From positions 12,136 to 76,135 of the forward strand of contig JAUYPI010000014.1 in NCBI GenBank assembly GCA_030697645.1: DNA of 64,000 nucleotides. Reading direction: 5' to 3'. Under the pieces are notes generated by a model. That model was not told where the DNA came from, ran no database searches, and worked only from the letters and a program-made list of their open reading frames with translations. The stretch comes from a bacterium. GTDB taxonomy: Bacteria > Patescibacteriota > Minisyncoccia > Phycocordibacterales > VMGT01. The position numbers and the translations under genes were made by a program. Within the stretch, counting starts at the first letter, position 1. Every line of letters begins with the position of its first letter. Below are positions 29,540 to 39,488 of this stretch, piece by piece.

Positions 29540-32020
29540 ATGTCCATAATGACTCTAAAAAATAAATGGGTCGGCGCTAGTATCGGCGCGGTACTACTCG
29601 CAGGGGGCACGATGCTCCTCATAAAATTCGTCTTCCCCGAGCCGGTACGTCGCCCCATCGTCAATGAAGCGCGCGGCCTCTATGTCGCGCTCGAGCGCCT
29701 TACCGAAATACCTCAGAGTCTCACCGCGCGCCTCAAGCCGCTGCCTGTCCCCGCCTATCGCCTGGTCATAGACCCCGAGCACGAGCGCGAGCTCGACGAC
29801 TACTTCAGGATCCAGGAGGGCAACCTCGATCGCGAAAAAATCTACGTGCCTGCCGTCTTTTACGACCCCGACGGCCGCCGCTACGACGTGCGCGTCACCT
29901 ATCGGGGCGACGGCGGACAACATTTTCGTTTTCCACAAAAATCGTGGCGCATTGTTTTCCCGGACGAAAGTCTCTTCATGGGTAAAAAAGCGATCACCCT
30001 GATCTACCCTGAAGAGAGAGAGTTCCTCGTCGAGGCGACGAACTTCCACCGCGCAAAGAAACTCGGCCTCGCGGCGCCGGAAACCGGATTTGTCTACCTC
30101 TTCGTGAACCGCCATGAAGCTGGCCTCTACTATGAATTCGAACACTGGTCCGAAGAGTTACTCGAGCGCAACCGTCTTAAAACCGACGGAAATCTCTACG
30201 GTGAGCAGGGGCTCGGGAGCGAAGACCTCTACCGATCGACGAGCCACTGGCAGCAATACGTCGCAAACGCGCCGGGCGCGGAACATAAGGAAGATCTCGC
30301 GCTGCTCATCGCCATCCTCAACCACCCGTCGGATGAATACTTCAATCGCAACATAGACGACATACTCGATCTCGAAACGTTCTACCGATGGAATGTCCAC
30401 GCGCTCCTCTCCGGGAGCGAGCACCAAGACGCGATCCACAATGCCCGCCTCTACTTCGACCCGACGCTTGGAAAATTCAAATATATCCCCTGGGACGTCA
30501 ACATCGGCGATCTTGAGGCGCCGATAGAGTCGAGGGGTATCGACCCGAAAGACTACAATCCACTCGTGCTCCGCATCCTCGCCCACCAGCCGTTCCTCGA
30601 GAAGCGAAACAGGCTCCTGCGAGAGTACCTCGCCGACTCGGAAACGGTCGCGGACGATTTTCGGTACTACGATGAACTCTACCAAACGCTTCGTCCGGCG
30701 TTCTACCGCGATACTCTGAAAAATTACTCGAACCGCTTTTTTAGAGAGGAGGTGGCCCGCTACCGCGACATCCTCTCGCGCAACATCGCCTACCTCCAAG
30801 AGCACTACCTCGAGGCCGAACCCCCTCCCGCGGCTCCGGCAGAGCGAGAACGCCCGCTCGCCGAGCCAGACGGAGAGTATGCGCCTCCGGTGCCGACCGG
30901 AGATGCATTCACGTATTTTCACGACATCAGCCGTTCTCCGGAGGAATTCCTCGCCGCACACCCCAACTTCTCGAAAGATACCGCCGGAGAACTCCACCTC
31001 GGGCCCGGGAGCGTTGTACTCCGCGCCACGACGCTGGTGCCAGAAAACACACGCCTTCACATCGAGGCCGGAACCGATGTCTTCCTTGACGCTCATGCAT
31101 CTCTCGTGAGCTACAGTGCCATAGATGCCCGCGGCACAGCGGAGCGTCCGATACGCTTTCTACCGCTCAGCCCTACAGAGCCGTGGGGCACCCTTGCGAT
31201 CATCGACGCGCCGAACGAGAGCCGATTCGAGAACGTCTTCTTTCTCCATACTGCGAAACGCCCCGACCCCCCGCTCTCGCCGGATGAGCACCGCACGATC
31301 GCCGGACCTATTAACGGGATGCTGTTTCGCGGTATGGTCACGGTGCGCCACGCGGCGGTCTCGATCGCCGCAAGCACATTTGCGCACGCTGCGGGGGACG
31401 ATGCGCTCTCGGTCCAATACGGCAGCTTCGCAATAACCGATTCGCTGTTCCGAGATAATAGCGCGGATGCGTTTGACGCCGACTTTGCGAGCGGCACTAT
31501 CATGCGCACTGCCTTTCGCGACAGCGGCAACGACGGCGTTGACATTGACGGCACGAAGGCGCTCGTCGAGGACGTGGTCGTAACCCGCACGGGCGACAAA
31601 GGGTTTTCGCTCGGAGCAAGCACCGAGCTCGAGCTCAAGAACAGCGTTATCGATACGGCCGATATCGGCGTCGCGATCAAGGACGACAGCAGCGCGACAC
31701 TCACCCATGCTCTGATCGTTGGAGCGCGCATTGGGATCAATATCTATCACGATAATCCGATATTCCCGGCGGCAACCGCCACGGCGAAAGTCAGTGCCTC
31801 CGTAATCGCTCAAAGTACCGAGCGTACCATTTCTGTGCCACGCGACGCCCAGCTTGCCATGGACCGAAGCATCATTGAGGGCGGTTTCCCCGGCTCTGCC
31901 GAGGACGTCATAGACGTTACGCCGCGCTTTCGCAATGCGGCAGCTGGCGATTACCGCCTGCTTGATGCTCCAGGCGGAGAGACGATCGGGTTGAGGTATC
32001 TTCCGAGAGTACCGCGCTAA
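29540..32020 (+). CDS. CotH-family kinase with C-terminal right-handed beta-helix
   Basis: TM anchor; YRGD....H....KSW, GLY, HN.RLYFDP....F..IPWD; repeated DAFD.D/NDGVD/DKG.S strands. Confidence 0.85.
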   Translation: MSIMTLKNKWVGASIGAVLLAGGTMLLIKFVFPEPVRRPIVNEARGLYVALERLTEIPQSLTARLKPLPVPAYRLVIDPEHERELDDYFRIQEGNLDREKIYVPAVFYDPDGRRYDVRVTYRGDGGQHFRFPQKSWRIVFPDESLFMGKKAITLIYPEEREFLVEATNFHRAKKLGLAAPETGFVYLFVNRHEAGLYYEFEHWSEELLERNRLKTDGNLYGEQGLGSEDLYRSTSHWQQYVANAPGAEHKEDLALLIAILNHPSDEYFNRNIDDILDLETFYRWNVHALLSGSEHQDAIHNARLYFDPTLGKFKYIPWDVNIGDLEAPIESRGIDPKDYNPLVLRILAHQPFLEKRNRLLREYLADSETVADDFRYYDELYQTLRPAFYRDTLKNYSNRFFREEVARYRDILSRNIAYLQEHYLEAEPPPAAPAERERPLAEPDGEYAPPVPTGDAFTYFHDISRSPEEFLAAHPNFSKDTAGELHLGPGSVVLRATTLVPENTRLHIEAGTDVFLDAHASLVSYSAIDARGTAERPIRFLPLSPTEPWGTLAIIDAPNESRFENVFFLHTAKRPDPPLSPDEHRTIAGPINGMLFRGMVTVRHAAVSIAASTFAHAAGDDALSVQYGSFAITDSLFRDNSADAFDADFASGTIMRTAFRDSGNDGVDIDGTKALVEDVVVTRTGDKGFSLGASTELELKNSVIDTADIGVAIKDDSSATLTHALIVGARIGINIYHDNPIFPAATATAKVSASVIAQSTERTISVPRDAQLAMDRSIIEGGFPGSAEDVIDVTPRFRNAAAGDYRLLDAPGGETIGLRYLPRVPR

Positions 32021-32162
32021 ATTCCAAGCTCCAACCAACAATTTCCAAACAAAGCTCAAATTCCAATGCGCCAAATCTCAAACACGCCATTATCTGTGTT
32101 TGGAGCTTGGGGTTTGGATATTGTGATTTGTTTGGAGCTTGTTTCTTGGAATTTGAAAATTA
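32018..32162. repeat. Heptamer-periodic long imperfect hairpin (AAATTCC type)
   Basis: AC-rich arm faces GT-rich arm; 32018-32083 matches 44402-44467 at 63 of 66 nt. Confidence 0.85.
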
Positions 32163-32167
32163 ATGCC

Positions 32168-32899
32168 ATGCACACCCAACGCTTCGAATGGAAATATCTG
32201 GTAACGCCGACTGAGGCCGACCATCTCATCGGCGCTCTTCTTGCACGCGGGATGCGATGGGATAAAGTCGTCGCAAGCTCTCCATCGCATCACTACCCGG
32301 TGACGAGCCTCTATTTTGATTCGCCCGCGTTTCTCTGCTACCACGACAAACGACACGGCTTATACCGACGGTTTAAGGTACGCCTGCGCGGCTATACGAA
32401 GACGCTCGGACAAAACGCGCCCCTGTACCTCGAGCTCAAGCGCAAAGACGGCGATATCGTCACGAAAGACCGGATCACGCTTGCGCGCGGGGCGATGGAG
32501 ATGGTGGCAGCGCGAAACATCCCGGGACTCACGGCTCCCGCGCGGAGAGTCGGAGAGGCCGAGGAGAGAAAGGTCGCCCTGCGGCTCACGACGCTTCTTG
32601 CTAATTTTGCGCTGAGGCCCCGTATTATGGTACGCTACGACCGCCAGCCGCTTATCGGCACAGAGGCAAACCACCTGCGCGTTACGTTCGATCGCGCGCT
32701 TGAGGCATATCCGTATGCTCTCGGCGAGACGTACGCCACCGCCCTTCCGCCGCGCCGCTCGGTCGTGATGGAGATCAAATACAACGGCGCGATGCCGGTC
32801 TGGCTCCATACGCTTATCGTGCACGAGGGTCTTCAACGAATAGCATTCTCAAAATACTGTATCGGCGTCACGACGCTTCGATCACGTTTACTTATCTAA
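32168..32899 (+). CDS. VTC (polyphosphate polymerase) domain protein
   Basis: RFEWKY, SLYFD, RFKVRLRGY, LELK.K, K.R, RVTFD, MEIKY, FSKYC. Confidence 0.9.
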   Translation: MHTQRFEWKYLVTPTEADHLIGALLARGMRWDKVVASSPSHHYPVTSLYFDSPAFLCYHDKRHGLYRRFKVRLRGYTKTLGQNAPLYLELKRKDGDIVTKDRITLARGAMEMVAARNIPGLTAPARRVGEAEERKVALRLTTLLANFALRPRIMVRYDRQPLIGTEANHLRVTFDRALEAYPYALGETYATALPPRRSVVMEIKYNGAMPVWLHTLIVHEGLQRIAFSKYCIGVTTLRSRLLI

Positions 32900-32901
32900 C
32901 T

Positions 32902-33564
32902 ATGTTCACCGATGTACCAGAAATTGCCGCAGCGCAAGTCACCGCGCTCGCCGCGCTCACCGCTATCGCATTCTCATTCGCGCTTGCGTTCGCGATTGCG
33001 TTTATCTACCGCAAAACGCATCGCGGTTTTTCCTACTCGCCCTCCTTCGTCTTTACCTTGATACTCGTCGCAATCCTCTCCGCGGTAGTCATGCTGGTCG
33101 TCGAGAACTCTCTCGCGCGCGCATTTGCCATCCTCGGCACATTCACCATCATACGCTATCGGACGGCTATCAAAGACACGCGCGACACGGCGTTCCTTCT
33201 TTGGGCCATTGTTACCGGCCTTGCGGTCGGCACGACGAACTACGCCCTCGCGCTCGTCGCAACCGGCCTCGTTGGCATCGTCGTTCTCGCGCTTTCCAAA
33301 TTCGACTTCGGTTCCCTCAATAAACCTGAAACGCTTCTCTACTTCACGACGAAAGCCGAGCCGGAAACGTACACGCCTCTGTTCGAACAGTATTGCACAG
33401 CGCACCACATGCTCTCCGTGCGCGCCTCGGGCGGTACGCGATCACTCACCTACTCTATAACCCCTCTCAACGAAAGGGAAGCACACGCGCTCGTGCGCGC
33501 GCTTCAGAACGCTCCGCAGACCGACAACATAGAGCTCGTCTCGACCAAGGAAGATATCGAATAG
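32902..33564 (+). CDS. DUF4956 family membrane protein
   Basis: SLARAFAILG.FTIIRYRTAIKDTRD; follows the VTC gene. Confidence 0.85.
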   Translation: MFTDVPEIAAAQVTALAALTAIAFSFALAFAIAFIYRKTHRGFSYSPSFVFTLILVAILSAVVMLVVENSLARAFAILGTFTIIRYRTAIKDTRDTAFLLWAIVTGLAVGTTNYALALVATGLVGIVVLALSKFDFGSLNKPETLLYFTTKAEPETYTPLFEQYCTAHHMLSVRASGGTRSLTYSITPLNEREAHALVRALQNAPQTDNIELVSTKEDIE

Positions 33565-33576
33565 ACTGCGCGCGGC

Positions 33577-34998
33577 TCACGACGCGCCGCGCCGCCCAAA
33601 CCCGAACGCCCGTCGCGCGGCCACACCATAGGGTCGCGCGGCGCGCACGCCTATACGCAAGGCCTCGCGCGCAAAGTCCGCGTCTTCCTTGCCGAAATGC
33701 GTAAGGTCGCGCACGTGCAGCGCAAACTCCGGTGCGGAGCGCTTGAGATAGAGCACGAGCACGGTCGCCTTAACAAGAAGCTGCAGCCAGCGCTCGAGCA
33801 CAAGACCCCAGAGGCCGAGGAGTGGGAGGAAGATCAGCGTGAGCGGCAACGCAACCGCGGTTTTGACGACGCGGTTGAAGAAAAGAAATCTCTGCCGCCG
33901 CATGGCGCGGAGAAAAAATACGGGCAGTGACCCGATCGCGGCAATGGGAGCGGTTCCGGCAAGCGCGTAAAAATACGGAAGTGCGACGACATATTTCGGA
34001 AAGAAGAGGCGAACCGCGAAAGGGAACACCGCGGCTCCCGCAAGCACGCCGAGGAAAGTGAACGCCACCTGATATTTCACCCCGCGGAGGAAGACACGCC
34101 GCGACCACCGAGAATCATAGACGCGCATGGGAAGCAAAGTGCCGAGCGTGCGCGTCGGCACAAAGTTCGTCACTACAGCGATAAGAGAGCGCGCTACCAC
34201 AAAGAGCGCCACGGCTTCTGTGCTCACAAAAATTTTAATCAGCCATGGCTCTACCTGCTCCGTCACATGGCCGAGTAACCCTTGAGCGCTCGCCCACTTC
34301 CCATACGCCTTAAACGTGCGCGGTAGGATCCAACGCCGCACCGCCTTGAGTCCTCGCCATGGCGTATACGCACGGATGGCGGACGGCACCATGGTGACGC
34401 CCATGCCGAGTGAGCCGACGACGAGAGACCAAAGCACCACGCGCACGTCAACTTTTGAGGCACTCACCACAAACGCGCCGAGGAAGAGGAGTTGCAGCGT
34501 CTTCTGCACGACGCGCCTGCGCGCGATGGCGGCAAATCTGAGGCGAAAGTTGAGGAGAGACGTACACAAACGCTGCAGTACGTCAACCGCCATAAGCAAG
34601 GCGAGAATTTTTCCGAAACGCGCAACCTCGGAGCCGTATTTTTGGATAAAGAGGTTCGAGCCGAAAAAAAAGAGCACCGCAAGCAGAAGTGTCGCGACAC
34701 ACCGCAAGCCATAAAACTCCAAAAAGGCACGTTTCGCCTCACGCTCCCTGCCTTCGCCGATAAAACGCGACACGTCGTTGTCTGCGAATGTCATCATGAG
34801 CGATGGAAGCCCGATCGCAAACCCAAATGCGGCAAGCAGCAGCTGGAACACGCCATACTCGTAAAGTGAGAGCGCCGAAAGAACGATCAGGGCGTTCAGT
34901 GCGCTCACGCCGCGCTCGACGAGCCCCCAACCGCCGAACTGGAGCTCACCAAGCACATAGTGACGCAAAAAAGACACGCGTGATTGTGCTGTTGCCAT
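33577..34998 (-). CDS. Wzx-like polysaccharide flippase
   Basis: About 12 TM segments, LS..EYGVF early motif, AVALF.VA. Confidence 0.75.
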   Translation of the reverse strand: MATAQSRVSFLRHYVLGELQFGGWGLVERGVSALNALIVLSALSLYEYGVFQLLLAAFGFAIGLPSLMMTFADNDVSRFIGEGREREAKRAFLEFYGLRCVATLLLAVLFFFGSNLFIQKYGSEVARFGKILALLMAVDVLQRLCTSLLNFRLRFAAIARRRVVQKTLQLLFLGAFVVSASKVDVRVVLWSLVVGSLGMGVTMVPSAIRAYTPWRGLKAVRRWILPRTFKAYGKWASAQGLLGHVTEQVEPWLIKIFVSTEAVALFVVARSLIAVVTNFVPTRTLGTLLPMRVYDSRWSRRVFLRGVKYQVAFTFLGVLAGAAVFPFAVRLFFPKYVVALPYFYALAGTAPIAAIGSLPVFFLRAMRRQRFLFFNRVVKTAVALPLTLIFLPLLGLWGLVLERWLQLLVKATVLVLYLKRSAPEFALHVRDLTHFGKEDADFAREALRIGVRAARPYGVAARRAFGFGRRGAS

Positions 34999-35007
34999 GG
35001 TGGCGCG

Positions 35008-36855
35008 TTAGTTGATAAAACGCTCAAGCCAGAGCTCAAGGGTAATGAGTCTCCAGAGAAGAGAAGAATCCCCCGTGGGCTCTCGGAGCGTCTCGGTTAT
35101 GATCCTCTCCACGGCCTCGGCGTCCGTGTATGCGCCAGAGCGGCTCGTGGCACGAGCGAGGAGTGCGCGTACATCGGGCGCAAAATACCGTACCAGCCAT
35201 GCCGTCTGAAAGCTCCGGAAAGTAAACTTTTGCCTCTGCCACAGCGCGGGGGGAAGATACGCCCGCATTGCCCGCTGTAAGAGCACCTTGCGCATGTGCG
35301 GAGCAATTTTATAACGGTCCGGGAGAAAGAAGCAGAACTCAACAAGGCGCGTATCAAGATACGGCACGCGCAACTCTTTTGAAAAGTGCATGCTGATGTG
35401 ATCGTTGGTGCGGAGCACCCGCGGCAGTTTCGTGTACCGGATGTCGCGGTACTGCGCATTCAAAAGCGCAGAGTCAAACGGCATCGGAAAGATGCGTGTA
35501 CCACAGTGCTCCTGTATGCGTCGCCGAAATGCGGCGTCGAGCACTCCCGCGCCGGCTCGACTCGAGCGCTCGTGCTCTCTCGCGCGAGTGGGTATGATCC
35601 GCCGCGAACACGAGCGCCAGAACTTTCCTATTCCCTCATTTAGGGCCCGTACCAGCATGAATCGCGCGATGTCAAAGACGCGTGCTTCGCGCACGAGGTC
35701 GCGGTAGAACGGCGGCACATACGAACCGTATCCTGCCAAAATTTCATCAGCGCCCTGCCCCTCAAGAAGCACGGTGACTCCCGAGCGCTCCGCCGTAGCC
35801 CGATAGAGCGCATAGTAGGCAGCGGTCTGCATGCCGCCCGCAGGCTGATCCTCGATCGCCACAAGCTCTCGCGTACGCTCCCATACATCCTCGGGCCCGA
35901 GATCGCCCCTATGCCAGCGCGAGCACTCCGCATCGCTTAAAATACGTTCTAGGACGCGACACTCGCTGCTTCGCTCGTCAGCGATGCAAGCGGTAAAGAG
36001 GTGCGGCGAAGCACCCACCGCCTCTTTCGCGTAATAGTGGAGCGCGTTTGAGTCAAGCCCACTTGAGAGATTAAGCCCTACCGGTACATCGGAGCGGAAC
36101 TGAAGCCGCAGCGCATCGCGAATGAGAAAACGGAGCGTCTCCTCTGCCTCTGCCTCGCTTCGCGGTGCGGGCGGCACCGCTCGCTCGGCGAGATCCCAAT
36201 ACGCTCGCACGGACACTGCTCCAGAGCGGTACTCAAGTGTATGACCCGGAGGAAGCGACAGCACGCCGTCAAAAAACGTCTCCTCGCTGTGGTCGTGGAG
36301 TCCGTCCGCGAGATACTCGGCTACGGCGTGCTCATTGACACGCGGAGTGATGCCGAGCGCGAGCAAACCCTTAATCTCGGAGGCAAAACGGAACACTCCC
36401 CCATCAAGAGAATAAAAAAACGGCTTGATGCCGAAGTGGTCACGCGCGCAAAACAAAGAACCCTGTTCGCTGTCGTACATCGCGAACGCAAACTGTCCGT
36501 TAAACCTGAGAAGACACGCCGGGCCCCAGAGCACAAACGCCGCAAGTAATACTTCAGTATCCGTCTCAGTCCGAAACTCATACCGGCCGCGGAGCTCCTC
36601 GCGCAGTTCGATATAGTTAAAAATCTCGCCGTTAAAAACGACAACGTACCTGCCGTCCGCAGAGCGCATCGGCTGCACTCCGGCCTCCGAGAGGTCAATG
36701 ATAGCGAGACGGCGATGGCCGAGCCCAACACCGCGCGCCCGGTCAATATAGATACCGCTCCCATCCGGTCCGCGATGCGCGAGAGAGTCGCGCGCCCGAC
36801 AGAGCGCGCTCTCGTCAATCTCCCTCGCTCCGGCAATTCCAATGATGCCACACAT
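35008..36855 (-). CDS. asnB: Asparagine synthase (glutamine-hydrolysing)-like amidotransferase
   Basis: MCGI.G start, HRGPD, HRRLAIIDL, FNGEI.N, RD.FGIKP, LS.GLDS, G.GADE. Confidence 0.92.
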   Translation of the reverse strand: MCGIIGIAGAREIDESALCRARDSLAHRGPDGSGIYIDRARGVGLGHRRLAIIDLSEAGVQPMRSADGRYVVVFNGEIFNYIELREELRGRYEFRTETDTEVLLAAFVLWGPACLLRFNGQFAFAMYDSEQGSLFCARDHFGIKPFFYSLDGGVFRFASEIKGLLALGITPRVNEHAVAEYLADGLHDHSEETFFDGVLSLPPGHTLEYRSGAVSVRAYWDLAERAVPPAPRSEAEAEETLRFLIRDALRLQFRSDVPVGLNLSSGLDSNALHYYAKEAVGASPHLFTACIADERSSECRVLERILSDAECSRWHRGDLGPEDVWERTRELVAIEDQPAGGMQTAAYYALYRATAERSGVTVLLEGQGADEILAGYGSYVPPFYRDLVREARVFDIARFMLVRALNEGIGKFWRSCSRRIIPTRAREHERSSRAGAGVLDAAFRRRIQEHCGTRIFPMPFDSALLNAQYRDIRYTKLPRVLRTNDHISMHFSKELRVPYLDTRLVEFCFFLPDRYKIAPHMRKVLLQRAMRAYLPPALWQRQKFTFRSFQTAWLVRYFAPDVRALLARATSRSGAYTDAEAVERIITETLREPTGDSSLLWRLITLELWLERFIN

Positions 36856-36926
36856 TAAAAACACGACGCCACAGAGCGCCACACCACTAATAACAACAAT
36901 CAGCACGGGGACGTCACCACGGAAGC

Positions 36927-37340
36927 TCAACCACGAATTTTGATTATCACGAGCCGCGCGGTGGCGGAAGCAACGTGCTGATGCGGCACGCCGGGCGGGA
37001 TCCAGAGCCAGTCGCCGGGGCGCAGGGCGTACGTCGTGCCATCCTCAATCCGCTCGCCAACAAGCTCGTCTGGATTGGACGAGCCGTCCTCCCGTGCTCG
37101 TTTGGTGGCACCGATAAGCTCCCCGTTGACGAGGAACGTCACCTCGCCCGCAAGACACTGCCAGAGATCCCCCTCGCGGCGGTGTATCTCCGGCGCATTT
37201 TCGACGGCGCTGTCTTCAAGGATGCCGAATGGCATCTCGGTCACACCAGCCGGAAGCGGCAGCATCCGCCTCCCCTGCTGCGGCTTTTCTCGAAGCAGCT
37301 CCAAGAGAGCGCTCTGTGAAAAATATCGTGCCTCAATCAT
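36927..37340 (-). CDS. Cupin-domain protein
   Basis: PEIH..E.D, LRPGDWLWIPPGVPHQH. Confidence 0.75.
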   Translation of the reverse strand: MIEARYFSQSALLELLREKPQQGRRMLPLPAGVTEMPFGILEDSAVENAPEIHRREGDLWQCLAGEVTFLVNGELIGATKRAREDGSSNPDELVGERIEDGTTYALRPGDWLWIPPGVPHQHVASATARLVIIKIRG

Positions 37341-37381
37341 GAAATGGTGCACTTCATACAACCGCAAAAAACAGGCACGCG

Positions 37382-38389
37382 TCACTCGTGGCTACGCTGC
37401 GGCAGTCGCACGATGGCGCCTGTCTCGAGCGACTCGCGGGCGGCAAGCGCGACGTCGAGGGTGGCGACGGCCTCGGAGAGCGGCACCTGCGATTCTTCTT
37501 CTCCGCGGATGACTCTCAAAAAATGTACGACTTCGTCGAGGTACATCTGATTTTTATCAAACGGCTCATCGAGGCCGACCCGGCGCGGGGACGCTGCACT
37601 CGTGCGGGAAAAAATGCTAGCGCAATTTGAAAAGTAGTCCCACTCGATCTGTCCCCCCGTGCCAACGAGAGAGAAATCGCGCCGCGGAGGACGCGCGAGA
37701 TAGTCCAAATGCAGCGCGCCGATGCAGCCGGATTCAAACTCAAGGAGGATGTCGGCCACGTCTTCAACGTCAATATCTAAATTGCTTTTGTGCCCGCCGA
37801 GGCAGTAGACGCTCCTCACGGCGCCAAAAAGCCACAGGGCGTAATCAATCTCATGGCTCAAAGTGAGGATCACGCCGCCGCCGAGCTCTCTCAGAGCGGC
37901 ATAACTGCTGCGGTAATCTTCATTTGGGTGCCAATCCGGCAGAAACTGACCGACACTGATGCGGGCGGCAATCGGATCTCCGACCTCGCGCTCATCCACC
38001 GCTTTTTTAATGGCACGAAGCAGTGGATGAAACCGCAGGTGATAACCGACGTATACACAGCGCTTCTTTGCCTCGGCCGCAGCAAAGATTTCCTCGACAT
38101 GCTCGGCCGATGCGGCAAGCGGCTTCTCCACAAATACATGACCGCCCTCCGCGAGCGCCGCGAGCGTATCCCGCGCATGAAATACAGTCGGGTTGGTAAT
38201 AAAAACCGCGTCCGGCCTTACAGAAAAACCGTCTTCGAGCGAGCGGACGCGTCGAACGCCGCACTCGATCTCCGCGCTCGCCACCCTCTCGCTCGTGCGA
38301 TACGCCACGAAATCTCTATAGCCGAGCGCATAGAGATTGCGCACATGCCGCTCGCCGATAGACCCAAGACCGAGAAATAAAAATCGCAT
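37382..38389 (-). CDS. Gfo/Idh/MocA oxidoreductase (PtmF/ElaA-like)
   Basis: GLGSIGERH, VEKP, GYHLRFHP, LPDWHP..DYR.SY.A...GGGV....SHEID. Confidence 0.88.
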   Translation of the reverse strand: MRFLFLGLGSIGERHVRNLYALGYRDFVAYRTSERVASAEIECGVRRVRSLEDGFSVRPDAVFITNPTVFHARDTLAALAEGGHVFVEKPLAASAEHVEEIFAAAEAKKRCVYVGYHLRFHPLLRAIKKAVDEREVGDPIAARISVGQFLPDWHPNEDYRSSYAALRELGGGVILTLSHEIDYALWLFGAVRSVYCLGGHKSNLDIDVEDVADILLEFESGCIGALHLDYLARPPRRDFSLVGTGGQIEWDYFSNCASIFSRTSAASPRRVGLDEPFDKNQMYLDEVVHFLRVIRGEEESQVPLSEAVATLDVALAARESLETGAIVRLPQRSHE

Positions 38390-38411
38390 AAAGAGACCAC
38401 TCGCTTAAGCA

Positions 38412-38594
38412 AGTGCGCACACCTTTTATTTTTGTGCATTGCGAGAGGTGTTTAGGAAATGGCGAGCCGAGTAGAAAAATGCAGCTGTCTGAGGCCGACC
38501 AGGAGGGAGGCCGAGTTCTGCATTTTTCGTAGACGAGGCGACACCATTTCCAGACACTTCAAGCACGAGCACAAAAATAAAAGGTGTAAGCACT
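38412..38594 (+). ncRNA. Rod-like structured element, copy A (candidate ncRNA or non-autonomous mobile element)
   Basis: Perfect 19-bp outer stem 38419-38437/38569-38587, nested stems, core shared with 59777-59950. Confidence 0.7.
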
Positions 38595-38644
38595 AAAATT
38601 GCTCAAACTCGATATTTTTGCTACAGTCATGAGAACTTTTAGAG

Positions 38645-39469
38645 ATGAAAAAGACACGACGCGCCAGCCCCATAGATAAACTTTTTAGTCTCTCCGGAAA
38701 GACCGCGGTCATTACCGGCGGCTGTGGCATGCTTGGCATCGAGTATGCGACCATACTCGCTGAGGCGGGCGCTCGTGTGGTCCTCCTTGATATGCTGCCT
38801 CCCCGCACCGTGCGTGCTCGGCTCGAAACACTGCCCGCCTCCATTCGCACACGCGTCGACGGGCGCTCGATAGACATTACCGACGAATCGCGCGTCAAAA
38901 AAACATTCAAGGATATTCTCAATAAATACCAGACAGTAGACATACTCGTCAACAACGCCGCTCTCACCGATTTTTCAGACAACGCAGATCGGTGGGCGGC
39001 GTATGAAAATTTTTCGCTCCCGCTCTGGAGCAAAGAGCTTGAAGTCAGCCTCACGGGCTCGTTTCTTTGTACCCGGGCGGTCATGCCGCAGATGAAAAAA
39101 GCCCGCTCCGGAGTTATCGTGAACATCTCTTCGATATACGGGCTCGCTGCACCGGACAATCGCATCTACAAGGAAGGCGTGTATCGGTCGCTCGCCTACG
39201 CCACGGCAAAGTCCGGCATCATGAACTTTACGCGCTCACTTGCCTCCTACCTCTCACCCCACGGCATCCGAGTCAACACGCTCTCGCTCGGCGGCGTCTT
39301 TGCCGACCACGACGAGGCGTTTGTGACAGCCTATGCGGCGCGCACCATGCTCGGGAGAATGGCGAGAAAAGAAGAGTATCGCGGGCCGCTGCTTTTTCTC
39401 TGCTCCGACGCATCGGCGTATATGACCGGGAGCAACCTGGTCGTTGACGGCGGGTGGACGGCGTGGTGA
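38645..39469 (+). CDS. SDR oxidoreductase (PtmA/ElaC-like)
   Basis: TGGCGMLG, LVNNAA, NISSIYG, YATAK, IRVN. Confidence 0.88.
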   Translation: MKKTRRASPIDKLFSLSGKTAVITGGCGMLGIEYATILAEAGARVVLLDMLPPRTVRARLETLPASIRTRVDGRSIDITDESRVKKTFKDILNKYQTVDILVNNAALTDFSDNADRWAAYENFSLPLWSKELEVSLTGSFLCTRAVMPQMKKARSGVIVNISSIYGLAAPDNRIYKEGVYRSLAYATAKSGIMNFTRSLASYLSPHGIRVNTLSLGGVFADHDEAFVTAYAARTMLGRMARKEEYRGPLLFLCSDASAYMTGSNLVVDGGWTAW

Positions 39470-39488
39470 GGATCCGCCCACGAAGAAT

